The notes under the pieces: model-generated
Seen by the model: only the letters and a program-made list of their open reading frames with translations
The model's database searches: none
What the model was told of the DNA's origin: nothing
Translations under genes and position numbers: made by a program
Assembly: GCA_965219415.1 (NCBI GenBank)
Contig: CBDCNP010000002.1
Coordinates: 1,792,001-1,856,000 of the forward strand
DNA from: Candidatus Marinacidobacterales bacterium
Lineage (GTDB): Bacteria > Acidobacteriota > Vicinamibacteria > Marinacidobacterales > DATDRI01
Length of the DNA: 64,000 nt
Reading direction: 5' to 3'
Part shown: positions 30,423-41,168 of the stretch, piece by piece
Numbering within the stretch: the first letter of the stretch is position 1
Layout: the number at the start of each line of letters is the position of its first letter

Positions 30423-31307
30423 ATGCCGTCCGATTGGGAAGACCGGAACATCGAGCAGCCGGAAGAAAGTGCGGTTTCCGAACCCGTCCTGACGGACGAT
30501 GGCAAGTCCCTCCGGCATTGGCTCCTCGTCCCTGCCGGAGTCGTCGGGATTGCTTTTGTCGTGGGAATCGTCCTGTACTTTCTCCTTACTGGCGAAGGTA
30601 TCGACGAGGCTCCCGACGCGCTCGAGGCGCCGACGAGCACCGTGGCAGAGCCGGCTGCGCCACCGTCCGGCGGGACGGGAGCTCTACCGGAGGCTGCGCC
30701 GATCGTTCTGCCACCGCTGTCCACCAGCGATGAGTTCGTCCGCGCGATGGTCGAAAAGCTCTCCGCACATCCCGTGCTGGCGTCGTTTGTGGTGACCGAG
30801 CAGCTCGTTCGCAAAGCGGTGGTCGTCGTGGCCAACGTTGCGGAAGGGCTCAGCCCGGCTCGTCTGTTCCCGCATCTACGACCGGAGGAGCGGTTCGAGG
30901 TCGCCTCCCACTCGGGCCGACTCGTCATCGACGCGGAGAGCTACCATCGATATGACACGTACGTCGACTTCCTCGTTTCCCTCGATTCCGCTGGCCTCGT
31001 CGAAACGTACCGCAATGTGAGACCCCTGATCGACGAGGCGTATCAGGAACTCGGCTACGGCGAGCAGCCATTCGAGGACGTTCTGACCATAGCCTTCGCG
31101 GTCGTTCTGAAAACACCCATTGTTCGGGGTGATATGGTCGTCGAGACAGTAAGCGTCGACTACACTTACTCCGAGCAGTGGATCGAAGACCTCCCGCCCG
31201 TTCAGAGACAGCTTCTTCGCATGGGACCGGACAACGTCCAGCGGATCCAGGCGAAGCTACGGGAGATCGCGGTCGAGTTCGGTCTTCGTCTGCCCGCCGA
31301 GGGCTGA
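30423..31307 (+). CDS. DUF3014 family membrane-anchored protein
   Basis: TM helix then LPPL..SD..VR, SY.RYD.YV, PLIDEAYQELGY and QRQLLRMGPDN. Confidence 0.88.
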   Translation: MPSDWEDRNIEQPEESAVSEPVLTDDGKSLRHWLLVPAGVVGIAFVVGIVLYFLLTGEGIDEAPDALEAPTSTVAEPAAPPSGGTGALPEAAPIVLPPLSTSDEFVRAMVEKLSAHPVLASFVVTEQLVRKAVVVVANVAEGLSPARLFPHLRPEERFEVASHSGRLVIDAESYHRYDTYVDFLVSLDSAGLVETYRNVRPLIDEAYQELGYGEQPFEDVLTIAFAVVLKTPIVRGDMVVETVSVDYTYSEQWIEDLPPVQRQLLRMGPDNVQRIQAKLREIAVEFGLRLPAEG

Positions 31308-31641
31308 GCCCGCTCCCGGCAGGTGTTTGCTCACTGAACATTTAGAGCCTACAATCTCATTCAATCAGGACTCTGGCGGACGGCCTGTCCCTTCCATAAA
31401 CTAAGAAGCGCCCCACGGCGCAGCCATAGGCAAGGGTGGCGACCAGACCTACAACATCCTATTTCAGGAGAAAGACAGACACGAAACTTGAAACGATTTG
31501 GTTGAAACCGGCTTTGCCACGCCGGCTTCAACCAGCCCTTGTCAGCACCGAATGACTGAGATACAACGTGGTACTAACCGTGGGGTCAGGTCATCCTGCC
31601 ATGGTAAGTCCCGCCCCAAGGGTAAGGACTTCAAAAAAACG

Positions 31642-31702
31642 ATGAATCTCGAAGTCCTCGAAGCTGACTTGAACAACTTCAAGCATGCCGAGGCGGTTCG
31701 GC
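31642..31702 (+). pseudogene. N-terminal stub of a probable GNAT acetyltransferase cut by MITE B
   Basis: MNLEVLEADLNNFKHAEAV resembles GNAT N-termini; ends exactly at TGTGCC. Confidence 0.35.
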
Positions 31703-31880
31703 TGTGCCTTCTATTTATTCATCCGCGCGTCCCGAACTTGATCGGTCTCCGGTCTCCCGGGACCATGCCTGCATGATCTCGTCGTTTGTTCGCGCTCGGC
31801 CCTTGGCACGGCCGCAAACACAGACACTAAGTTGCTGATTTATGGGCTATTTCAAAAGGGCCGAGTTTTGGCACAGGACG
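31703..31880 (+). repeat. MITE family B copy 1
   Basis: TGTGCCTTCTATTTATTCATCCGCGCG...GGCACAGGACG; left part matches 40438-40530, right part matches the integrase right end. Confidence 0.85.
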
Positions 31881-31929
31881 GGGTCAGGTCAATTCGAGCT
31901 TTCCCCTCCGAGTGGTACCACTCTCTAAG

Positions 31930-32241
31930 TTAGCCTAGCTGAGTCTCTGCGCCGACCGCCTCGGCACGTTTGCGCGCTCTCATTCGTGCGTTCGCCAAAT
32001 CGTAACTGGCTTGGTACCGCATCCAGAAATCGGCATTCGACCAGCCGGCCGCCTCGAAGCGCAAAGCCATGTCGGCCGAGATTCCGCCACGGCCGTTGAG
32101 CACGCGGTCCAGCGTCGTGCGGGCCACGCCCAATTTCTCGGCTGCGGCGGTCACGGTCAACCCTTCGGCCTTCAGACAATCTTCCCGCAATGCCTCGCCG
32201 GGGTGGATGTTGGCCACGATCTTATCGCCCATCATGCTCAT
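31930..32241 (-). CDS. higA: HigA antitoxin
   Basis: HPGE.LRED, AA..LGVAR.TL..VLNG..GISADMALR and FWMR.QASYDL. Confidence 0.92.
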   Translation of the reverse strand: MSMMGDKIVANIHPGEALREDCLKAEGLTVTAAAEKLGVARTTLDRVLNGRGGISADMALRFEAAGWSNADFWMRYQASYDLANARMRARKRAEAVGAETQLG

Positions 32242-32258
32242 GTTGTTCCTCCTAATGG

Positions 32259-32534
32259 TTAGTGATAATCGGTCAAGTCAACGTCGAACACGTCGCCGTC
32301 CTCCATGCGGAACAGGATTCGCCAGTTCGCCGACACCCGTACGGACCAGTAGCCGGCAAGCTTACCCTTCAGCGCGTGCAGCCGGTAACCCGGCAAGGCC
32401 ATGTCTCGGGGGGTGATGGCGATGTCCAGTTCCCTCAAGATGCGCACAATTCGCGCCGCGTGTTCCTGCGGAAGGCTGCTGCGGTCACCGCGAACCGCTC
32501 GTTTCAACGCTCGATGTCGCACCGATTTGAGCAC
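32259..32534 (-). CDS. higB: HigB (RelE/ParE killer) toxin
   Basis: PGYRLHALKG...YWSVRVSANWRI.F...DVDLTDYH; toxin precedes antitoxin. Confidence 0.92.
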   Translation of the reverse strand: MLKSVRHRALKRAVRGDRSSLPQEHAARIVRILRELDIAITPRDMALPGYRLHALKGKLAGYWSVRVSANWRILFRMEDGDVFDVDLTDYH

Positions 32535-32598
32535 GGCAATACTGTCGCATGCTGCGCGTCGTACGTCAAATTGGGCGAGAGAATACCTGATCTGGCGT

Positions 32599-32778
32599 TG
32601 TGCCTTCTATTTATTCATCCGCGCGCCCCGAACCTGATCGGTCTCCGATCTGCCGGGACTATGCCTGCATGATTTCGTCGTTTGTTCGCGCTCGGCCCTG
32701 GGCACGGCCGCAAACACAGAACTCTAAGTTGCTGATTTATGGGCTATTTCAAAAGGGCTGAGTTTTGGCACAGGGACG
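32599..32778 (+). repeat. MITE family B copy 2
   Basis: Near-identical direct repeat of 31703-31880. Confidence 0.85.
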
Positions 32779-32917
32779 CCGTTGCCACTTGGGGCTGAAC
32801 AAGGACACACCGAGCTTGAGAGCGGTCACGCACCGACCGTCTCCTACGGCGAAAGTCGTCGCACTGCCGCGGGTCGGTGGACTGCACCGCCGATACGAGT
32901 GGCGAGAGGCAGCCTGA
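32779..32917 (+). pseudogene. rve-integrase C-terminal fragment
   Basis: RCHLGLNKDTP...VVALPRVGGLHRRYEWREAA*. Confidence 0.7.
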
Positions 32918-33636
32918 GTCAGCTTGGTCGCTCGCGTTACTCGGCTGGTCGCCGAGAAGTTCGTCCTCAGCACCTTCCCTCGCGCCCTGACCACGCTCTC
33001 CAGCATGGGCTCGAGGGCGGTCCGGGCCTGGATCCAGTCCCGGACTAATTAATGATGATGGACAGCAAGAGGCCCATCAATTCAGGCTTGTTATAGAGGT
33101 GTCGCCGATATACAATTTGCTCTTCCCCTCTTCACGGTCTGATGTTGAATCGATAGAAACAATCGCGAGCAACGGCCGTCCGTCGCTATAAGTCGGCGTT
33201 CGTCAATTCTCGCCGGAAAAATGCGGAGTGGGTGCAGATCATATTGGTCAACCGATATGGGGAAGCCGGATGGGGGGCTGTGCGGGAAACGCTCAGAAAG
33301 AACCCGTCCGTGTGGTCGCTGGCACATCGCGGGAGGGCCGTTGAAATGATCGCTCCCCCTCCTCCTACTCTCGGAGGACTCCTCGAGCTGGCTCAGGAGC
33401 AAGCGCGGCGCGCGGCTCAGGGGGATTCTGACTCGTGCCCCCCGTCGATCACCGGACTCTTCAATGACCACAACTGGGGAAAACTGGGTGACCCTTGATA
33501 CCTCGCCACAAGGGGGCTGGTTCATGGACCACACCGCTGGGCGGCACCGCAGATCTTGGTCAAGATGCGGTCGCCGAGCGTTTCTTTGGTCAGGCCGGTT
33601 CGCAGCGGACCGTCGAAACCCGAGAGGAGGAGAAAC

Positions 33637-34043
33637 GTGAAGTATCGTCATTCATTCCTGTAGGTACTCGCGGTTGTCTTCCTCGCTGGCACACAATACG
33701 CCTGCCGGGCGGATGCACCGAGCCAGGGGGATGCAGAGGACCAGATGGACGCGGAGCGCGCGCAGGGCGCAGCGACCGGCGAGGTTCACTGGAGCTACGA
33801 AGGCGACACCGGACCGTACCAATGGGGTGGGCTGGATTCGTCCTTCGCGGTCTGTGACAGCGGGGCCCAGCAATCTCCGATCGATCTGACGGATGCGATC
33901 CCGGCAGGCGGAGGGGGACTCGAAATCCAGTGGCAACCCGCGGCGGGCGAGGTCGTGGATAACGGACATACCATCCAGGTCAACATAGACGCCGGGAAGT
34001 TCCATCACTCTGCAGGGCCGGCAATTCTCGCTCTTGCAGTTCC
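33637..34043 (+). pseudogene. Alpha-carbonic anhydrase 5' fragment
   Basis: HWSYEG.TGP..WG, C.SG.QQSPIDL and DNGHTIQVN; internal TAG 33661-33663, a frameshift, and truncation at MITE A before QFHFH. Confidence 0.85.
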
Positions 34044-34190
34044 TGTGCCTTCTATTTATTCATCCGCCAGCCCATGGGTCGGAAGTCAGCCCTGCGGCGC
34101 GAAATACCCTGGATTCTGCGCGGATTCCAAGGGCGTCTAAGCTGCTGATTTGTGGTTTATTTCAAAAGGGCCGAGTTTTGGCACAGGACG
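34044..34190 (+). repeat. MITE family A (~147 bp)
   Basis: TGTGCCTTCTATTTATTCATCCGCCAGCCC...GGCACAGGACG; copies at 36297-37706 (split), 37961-38109, 53268-53415 and 62387-62482 (partial). Confidence 0.9.
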
Positions 34191-34325
34191 GGGTCGACTG
34201 TGCCGTGTTCTCGGGCGAGGTCGAGTGTGCGCGCGGTAAGGTGCTCGCCATCCGCGTCCCCAAGGCATGGCGAGCACCTCGGTGATGGCTCGTCACCGTT
34301 CCCGTCCTGTGCCAAAACTCGACCC

Positions 34326-34421
34326 TTGTGCTCCGCAGAAAGTCTATCCAGCGTTGATTGCGCGTTTGAGATCTGCTATGGTCGGCTGCTTCTTGTCGAT
34401 CTTCTTTTTTGCGGATCACAG
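34326..34421. repeat. MITE family E
   Basis: IRs TGTGCTCCGCAGAAAG / CTTTTTTGCGGATCACAG; closely matches 51118-51213. Confidence 0.8.
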
Positions 34422-34570
34422 CTGTCGACGTGAGCGCCGGTGATGTCGAGCATGCGCTCCGCGCGGTACACGTCGGCCATGCGCACGAGGATGGACATCG
34501 CCATCTTCGCAGCACGACCGAGTTCGCCCGCGAGGAGTGCTTTGTCCTTCTCCGCGAGCTCCAAGCTCAC
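34422..34570 (-). pseudogene. Aconitase X catalytic subunit N-terminal stub cut by MITE E
   Basis: LLAGELGRAAKMAMSILVRMADVYRAERMLDITGAHVDS. Confidence 0.7.
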
Positions 34571-36030
34571 GATCCGCTACTCTTTTTCAGGCGGTGGACC
34601 CAGTAGGTGTTGGTGATGACAACCACGACGACGAGCACCGAAATTTGGATGACGGCGGTCCCAACGCTCGATTCACTCCGGAGCTTCCACCAGCCATCGG
34701 GATCGAATTGCGTCGCCGATTGGTAGAACCACCATGCCAGCATGGCAAGAAACTCGAGCGGCACAACGATCGAGATGACCCACACGAACCAGCTACCGAT
34801 CGGATGCTTCTCATCTTCGGTGTTGATGAGCTCCTCCCGGAATTTCGCCGCTCCGTACTTGATGACGGTCACCGCGATGAAGAAACCGGAGAACATGAGG
34901 CCGATGCCCCAGACCCAATCCTGATTCTTGAAAAAGCCCATGAAAAACGCCGAGGGAAGGCCGAGCACAAACGACACCACGCCGACCGTGGCCACGGCGC
35001 GGGTGCGCGAAAAACCCAGGTTCATCATCATGCGGGATGCCATTTCGAGCATGGCGATGAGCGACGAAATCGCCGCGAAGCTCAGCGCGAGGAAGAAAAT
35101 GGGGAGAAAGAGTCGCCCTCCGGGCATCGACGAGAAAAGCTGCGGCATCCAGATGAACGTCAGGCCTTCGTTGCCGGCAGCGAGAGCGGCCGAGGCCTGG
35201 TCTTCGGGAAGAAGGGCGAAGACAGTACACATCACCGCGATGCCGGCGAGAAGCGAAGCCGAACTGTTGCCGAACGCGGTCGTGAGCGTCGTCAGCGTGA
35301 ACGTGTCTTTCTTGCGGAAGTACACGCCATAGGTCGTGACCAGGCCCCAGCCCGCGCCGGTGCTCCACGCGGATTGGGTTAGCGCTGCCAGCCAGACTTG
35401 GTAGTTTCCGAGGTCTTCCCAGTTCGGCGTGAACAGATAGGCCAGGCCTTTCACGGCCCCGGGAAGAGTGACCGCACGGATGGCCGCGATGATGAGGAGC
35501 ACGAAAAGCGCCGGGATGAGGATGCGGTTGGTCCGCTCGATACCACGGACGACGCCTCTATAAATGATGGAGCATCCTATAGCGAGTGCTATGGCGTGGA
35601 AGATGACCGGTTGGATGGGATCGCTAGTGAATCGCGTCCAGTAACTCTCGGCATTGTCGGCGGAGAACACCGTGCCCAAGGAAACGGTAAAGTACTTCAG
35701 ACACCACCCGGTGACGACGGAGTAATAGAACGTGATGAAGCACGTCACCAGTCCCACGAAAACGCCCAACCAGTTGTAGCGTTCTCCTATCAACGTTCCA
35801 ACGGCGCCCGCCGGGCCGCGGCGGGTGGTCTTGCCGAGAGCGAACTCGACGAGAAGAAGCGGGATCGCCCACGCGAACAGGAAGATCACCCAGGGGATGA
35901 GAAACGATCCTCCTCCATTCGCGGCGGCAACTCGTGGAAAACGCCAGATGTTCCCGGTGCCGACCGCCATGCCGATCGAGGTCAGCAGGATCCCCCATCG
36001 AGACGTGAACTCTTCTTTGGATGTGCTCAT
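34567..36030 (-). CDS. Sodium-dependent transporter, NSS/SNF family
   Basis: FTSRWG...GMAVGTGNIWRFP..AA.NGGG.F; QSAWSTGAGWG; FAAISSLI.MLE. Confidence 0.93.
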   Translation of the reverse strand: MSTSKEEFTSRWGILLTSIGMAVGTGNIWRFPRVAAANGGGSFLIPWVIFLFAWAIPLLLVEFALGKTTRRGPAGAVGTLIGERYNWLGVFVGLVTCFITFYYSVVTGWCLKYFTVSLGTVFSADNAESYWTRFTSDPIQPVIFHAIALAIGCSIIYRGVVRGIERTNRILIPALFVLLIIAAIRAVTLPGAVKGLAYLFTPNWEDLGNYQVWLAALTQSAWSTGAGWGLVTTYGVYFRKKDTFTLTTLTTAFGNSSASLLAGIAVMCTVFALLPEDQASAALAAGNEGLTFIWMPQLFSSMPGGRLFLPIFFLALSFAAISSLIAMLEMASRMMMNLGFSRTRAVATVGVVSFVLGLPSAFFMGFFKNQDWVWGIGLMFSGFFIAVTVIKYGAAKFREELINTEDEKHPIGSWFVWVISIVVPLEFLAMLAWWFYQSATQFDPDGWWKLRSESSVGTAVIQISVLVVVVVITNTYWVHRLKKSSGS

Positions 36031-36319
36031 GCCACTAGTCCCCTGGATCTTTAATTATCACAGGTAAACCCCCGGCTCTGCCGGGGTGACTCGCAGAGGT
36101 TTGACCGTGTGAGGCAGTAATAACAAAGTCCTCCTTGGAAAGCGCCAACTTCCAAACAAGGAGGATGCACAACTCGCGATCTCGGGTCCACAATTGTCCT
36201 GTACTCGCGGATACGAACCTTCCCACGTGCGATCCACCTGCAAAGTGTCTCTGGGGTTATGCCAGCGGACTGCGCTGCATCCTTATAACTCATCCCCGTC
36301 CTGTGCCAAAACTCGGCCC

Positions 36320-37577
36320 TGGACTTGACCCGCTTTCGTGGACACCTAATCCTTTGGGAGACAGGAGTCCACGATGTCAAAGCAGGGAAACAGATACGCG
36401 GCCGAATTCCGGCGCCAAATGGTAGAGCTGGTGCGAGCTGGCCGCGGCTCCGAAGAGCTGGCGCGAGAGTTTGAGCCCTCGGGCCAGACGATCCGGAACT
36501 GGGTGAACCAGGCGGATCTCGACGAGGGTCGCAGGCAGGACGGTCTGACGAGTGAGGAGCGTGCGGAGCTCCGCCGCCTGCGACGGGAGAACCGTCAACT
36601 ACGGTTGGAGCGGGAGATCCTCTCAAAAGCCGCGGCCTGGTTCGCTCGGGAGACCGAGTCGGTACCACCGAAGCCTTCCGATTCGTGAGGGCGAACCAGG
36701 ATTCACTACCGGTTGCCACGATGTGCCGACTGCTGGACGTCTCCGCCAGCGGCTACTATGCGTGGCTTGAGCGTGCCCCGTCGGCCCGCGCGGTGTCGGA
36801 TGCGGAGTTGCTTGAGAAGATCCGGGCGATTCACACCGCGTCGCGGAGCACGTACGGCGCGCCGAGGATTCTCCACGAGCTACGAGAGACACACGAGCTC
36901 CACGTCTCACGCAAGCGTGTAGCGCGGCTAATGCGCGAGGCTGGCATTCAAGGTGTTCACCGGCGCAAGAGGGCGCACACTACGATTCGCTGTGACGACG
37001 CCCGTCCCGCCCCCGATCTCGTCGACAGGAATTTCGAGGTGGACCGGCCCGACCGCCTGTGGGTCGCCGATATCACCTACGTGCCCACGTGGTCGGGCTT
37101 CTTGTTCCTCGCCGTCGTGCTGGACGCCTTCAGCCGACGCATCGTCGGATGGGCAATGGCTACCCACCTGCGGACGTCGCTCGTCTTGAGCGCCCTCGAC
37201 ATGGCGCTGTTCCAACGCAAGCCCGGCGACGTCATCCATCACTCGGACCAGGGCACGCAGTACACGTCACTAGCGTTCGGCCAGCGATGCCGGGAGGCCG
37301 GGGTGCGACCGTCGATGGGTTCGGTCGGGGACTGTTACGACAATGCGATGTGCGAGAGCTTCTTCGCGACGCTCGAGTGCGAGCTGATCGAGCGCCGGTC
37401 GTTTCGCTACCACGCTGAGGCGCGCATGGCGACCTTCGATTTCATCGAAGGCTGGTACAACCCGCGACGACGACACTCCGCCATCGACTATTGCTCGCCT
37501 ATCCAATTCGAAAGGAGGTACTATCGCGACGCTTGATCCCTAACTCTTAACCTGTCCACGAAAGCGGGGTCACTTCA
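36320..37577 (+). mobile_element. Complete IS3-family element inserted into a MITE A copy (orfA 36374..36688, orfB 36685..37536)
   Basis: IRs TGGACTTGACCCGCTTTCGTGGACA / TGTCCACGAAAGCGGGGTCACTTCA; 4-bp TSD GCCC at 36316-36319 and 37578-37581; WVADIT, HHSDQG and CYDNAMCES. Confidence 0.95.
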
Positions 37578-37728
37578 GCCCTTTTGAAATAGACCACAAA
37601 TCAGCAGCTTAGACGCCCTTGGAATCCGCGCAGAATCCAGGGTATTTCGCGCCGCAGGGCTGACTTCCGACCCATGGGGCTGGCGGATGAATAAATAGAA
37701 GGCACAACCAAGCCTAGACACCTCTAAT

Positions 37729-37783
37729 CCGAAACGTCCCGGCGCGTGGGTCTTGAGTTCGTTTGTGTTTTTGGACACGACGG
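37729..37783 (-). repeat. Repeat D (left end of a second rve-integrase element)
   Basis: CGTCGTGTCCAAAAACACAAACGAACTCAAGAC; also near 38897-38938, 45377-45398, 45465-45510, 47191-47225, 50985-51043 and 58912-58956. Confidence 0.8.
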
Positions 37784-37960
37784 GCATGGACTCTGCTGCG
37801 TTGCTGGAGACGACATCGATCGAACGGTGGAGGAGTTGCGCCGTCGGTATGAGCAAAACCACGACGATTGCAGCGTTTTGTCGTCCAATGAAACCGGTCC
37901 CTGCCGACTGGCCCGCTCGCACCAAGCGTGAGCCTAGCACCTAGTAAAGGTGAAGGTCCC

Positions 37961-38109
37961 CGTCCTGTGCCAAAACTCGGCCCTTTAGAAATAGACCACA
38001 AATCAGCAGCTTAGACGCCCTTGGAATCCGCGCAGAATCCAGGGTATTTCGCACCGCAGGGCTGACTTCCGACCCATGGGCTGGCGGATGAAAATAAATA
38101 GAAGGCACA
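37961..38109 (-). repeat. MITE family A copy
   Basis: Reverse complement of 34044-34190. Confidence 0.9.
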
Positions 38110-38796
38110 ACCTCTCCGGTTGGCGTCTGCCCGCACCCACGCTGGAACGGACCGTCGTACATCTCGTCCAACAGCATGTGGGGGCACCGACCTTCTCGGC
38201 CTCGCTGATCCACACTCCGACGATACAGGAACTCGCCTCGGTGCGTCACGTTCTAGACGGGCTGTGTCCAGGTAGTAATAGTAATGATGATGATGATGAT
38301 GATGATGATGATAGTGCCTCGGCAGCCAGCCTGCTCCGTTTCATCCGGCGGGTCGATATCAGCCCCGGCTCCTGTGTCCATCCTGCTCGACCGAGATGCG
38401 TTCGCTGCTTGCCTGTCTATGGAGCCCGATCGCATTCGCGAGGACGCACTCCGCATCCACGCGCCGTTCCGCTTGCGTCGACGCGGCGTCGAGACCAAGC
38501 TCGTTCTGGGCAACCCCACGAAATCCGTTGACCGCACCCTCCTGCGCAATATCGCCAATGCCCTCTCCTGGCTCGACCGAATCAAAGCGGGCAAAACCTA
38601 TGAGGAGATTGCCACCGAAGACGCCATCCCAAAGGCCCGCGTGCGCAAGGCAATCCGTTATGCCTTTCTGGCGCCCGACATCGTCCGCGCCATTGTGGAC
38701 GGTCGCCAGCCCGTTGGGCTGACCTCGAGCTACCTCCTCCATCATCCACTTCCCGACGATTGGGAGGAGCAGCGTGCCCTCGTCGCAACGCTGTGA
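38110..38796 (+). pseudogene. C-terminal half of a large serine recombinase-type gene, frameshifted
   Basis: GWRLPAPTLE...; RRRGVETKLV; AFLAPDIVRAIVDGRQP..LT...LP.DW.EQR. Confidence 0.7.
38284..38312 (+). repeat. (GAT)9 trinucleotide microsatellite
   Basis: atgatgatg... run; encodes Asp9 in the recombinase frame. Confidence 0.9.
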
Positions 38797-39840
38797 GGCA
38801 GGTCACGCTGTAAGCCAACCCGCTGCTGCCACGCTCACTCTTGGTCTCCATCAGTCGGCGAACGGTATCGCCCCTTACTAATGATGATATCGGCGGCGTG
38901 CGAGTCTTGAGTTCGTTTATGTTTTTGGACACGACGGCGTTTTCCCATTAACTGAGCGATTAGCGCTCGATGCAGCCCCGAAATGCCCTCCAATTGCATT
39001 TTGATGATCTGTTTTGCACCGTTACTGCTTGTTTGCTGCCAAGACCCGAATAGCTCCACTTGCCCCCATTTGAGCCTTACGACTGCGATAGTCGGAAAGG
39101 TGTTCCCGTCGACGACGCGTCCATCGATGAGGCGTAATAGCTTTTCACTACAATGACTTACGAGTGTAGCCTCCGTCGGAGAGTTTACGACACGGCCCTC
39201 TTTCAGGCGTCAAGGAGGTTGAGATTGCCGTATAGAAAATCGGATTGACTGTCAATTCGCAAATAAGCTCGAACGACCATCCGTCGATGAGGCGTGCGGG
39301 GACCAGCACGTGACGGATGGCTTTAAATCACTGCAGGACAAGAGGATAGAACGACGTGGGCACCAGGGCTTCTCTGAGTTTTCGCTACATTGCCCCACCA
39401 CGCGCGCGGCGAAAGGGCCACATCAGACTTGAAAAACTCGCGATATACCTTTCACAGAGACCGGATGGCTCCAGCCTGCACCATCCGCCACCCAGTCTTG
39501 CAAATTGTGGCACTGCAGAGACGGATGAGATTTTCCACGCGGGTGGCGGGGTTTTACAGAGATAGGTGTCACCAGAGACGCGCTAGAAGGGCGGAACGGG
39601 CCTCATTTTCGGTATTCGTCTCTAATCCCGATTTTCGAGTGCCACGTTTGCGCCAAAGGGGGGAAGCGGGCCGCTGACAGGGCCGTGCGGCGTCGGAAAA
39701 GAGGCCCACCCGAGGGGTCCAGAATCGAGGCCAGGGCTACTGCCGCGTAGCTGCCCTAGCACGTTCTGGTCCAGGTGCGCCTGAGCGTCCTTCATGTCTT
39801 TACTTGTCTCGGATTGGACCTCAACCAGGGTCCGGACCTC

Positions 39841-40300
39841 GTCCTGTCCGAAAACGCGTACGGAGCCGAAAGCTCGAATCCTGGAGGCGTTCTCGAGATT
39901 CACGGAGACCGGCCGACGCGGCACTGGCTCTGCGATAGGCGCTCCCGAGCAGACCTCTCCTCCAGACCATCCGTTCCGTCCAACTGGCGCGCCCGAACTC
40001 CTATGCGGCGTCGCGGTGGTAATAGCTGAGCAAGCCGCCCAATCGCTTACGACATCGCACCTTCCCGTGAGGACTGCCGACGCATTCTTCCGCTTCGAGC
40101 AACGCGTTCCCGAGCCCTTGATGGTTGCGCTCTCCGCGATAATGATGGATGAACTCAGCGACGGCACGGCGCAGCGATTGCTCACTGAAGAAGATCATCC
40201 GCTCCAAGCACTCGCTCTTGACCGACAAAACAAACCTTTCGACGTAAGCGTTCAGATTCGGCGAACGGTGCGGCAGCCGAATGACGTCCGTTCCGGCGTG
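39841..40300 (-). mobile_element. rve-integrase 3' fragment with D-type right end
   Basis: [18 protein letters not shown] and RLGGLLSYY; end ...GTTTTCGGACAGGAC. The non-coding end recurs at 47032-47190. Confidence 0.8.
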
Positions 40301-40437
40301 CGGAACGTGTCAACGACATTGAGACACCCGCGTGTTGCATTTAGTGAGCCTCGATTGGTGTCGCCGGGGTCATGACGACGTCGCGGTCCACGTCCGCTTC
40401 GATCGCGAACGCGCCACAAGGAGTGGAAACAGGGGGT

Positions 40438-40668
40438 TGTGCCTTCTATTTATTCATCCGCGCGCACCGAACTTGATTAGTCTCCGGTCTGCCGGCACCA
40501 TGCCGGCATGATTTCGTCGTTTGTTCGCGCTCTCGTCTCTGCCTTCAAGGCTCGTCGCGAGCTAGCTCTCGAGAATGTCGCTCTTCGGCAGCAGCTCGTC
40601 GTCCTCCGCCGTTCGGTGAAACGGCCGCGGCTCTTGAATGTCGACCGCGAGTTTTGGGTGCTGTTGCG
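40438..40668 (+). mobile_element. Left end and integrase N-terminus of the parent of MITE A/B, cut by MITE C
   Basis: TGTGCCTTCTATTTATTCATCC end, then MISSFVRALVSAFKARRELALENVALRQQL.VLRR..KRPRL. Confidence 0.8.
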
Positions 40669-40835
40669 GGTGCTTCCGCCATTAAGTGTTGGTGAGATGA
40701 CGCTAAGACTTTACGCTGCATTAAATTACAGCCAAAATAGCGCTCACGACCTTCGCCGCGCACTAAATGGAGCGTAAGCGCTTTTTTTGCAAAGGGATAC
40801 GTACACATCACCAACAGCAAACAGCGCAAGCAACC
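40669..40835 (+). repeat. MITE family C (~166 bp, IS1-like IRs)
   Basis: GGTGCTTCCGCCATTAAGTGTTG...AAGCA(A)CC; copies at 44902-45067, 58194-58359, 62158-62324 and 62624-62789. Confidence 0.9.
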
Positions 40836-41168
40836 GGGCGAGACCCACCTCGCCTGCGCCGCTGTGGCGTCCGGGGTGCCCCCCTCCAGCCGGGAGCCGC
40901 GCACCGTCACATGCGACGCCGACGACCCGCGCAGGCGTTCACCCACCGCGTCCACCGCCTGGAGTCGTTTCTCGATTCCGCGAGGAGCCCTCCGAGTTAT
41001 TGAGCGCTTCTTCGAATCGCCATGCGGCTCCATGAATGGCTCTTCGTTCACCCTTCACGACGCTCTCACGGCCGGCCCGTCATCACAGCGTAGAATTGAT
41101 TCGTTTCTCGAACTCACGAAGGATAGAATCGCTTATTCGTCAACTACCCATGACTGAACAGGCGGCCA

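Noticed and set aside
31880-31936. Integron attC site after higA (GGCTAAC overlapping the stop)
   Set aside because: No matching R' box or L-box hairpin and no tyrosine integrase in the window.
33661-33663. In-frame TAG in carbonic anhydrase as pyrrolysine or readthrough
   Set aside because: It lies in the signal peptide of a gene that is also frameshifted and truncated; simple decay.
38284-38796. ORF beginning with nine methionines
   Set aside because: Artefact of the (GAT)n run; the upstream recombinase-like frame reads it as Asp9.
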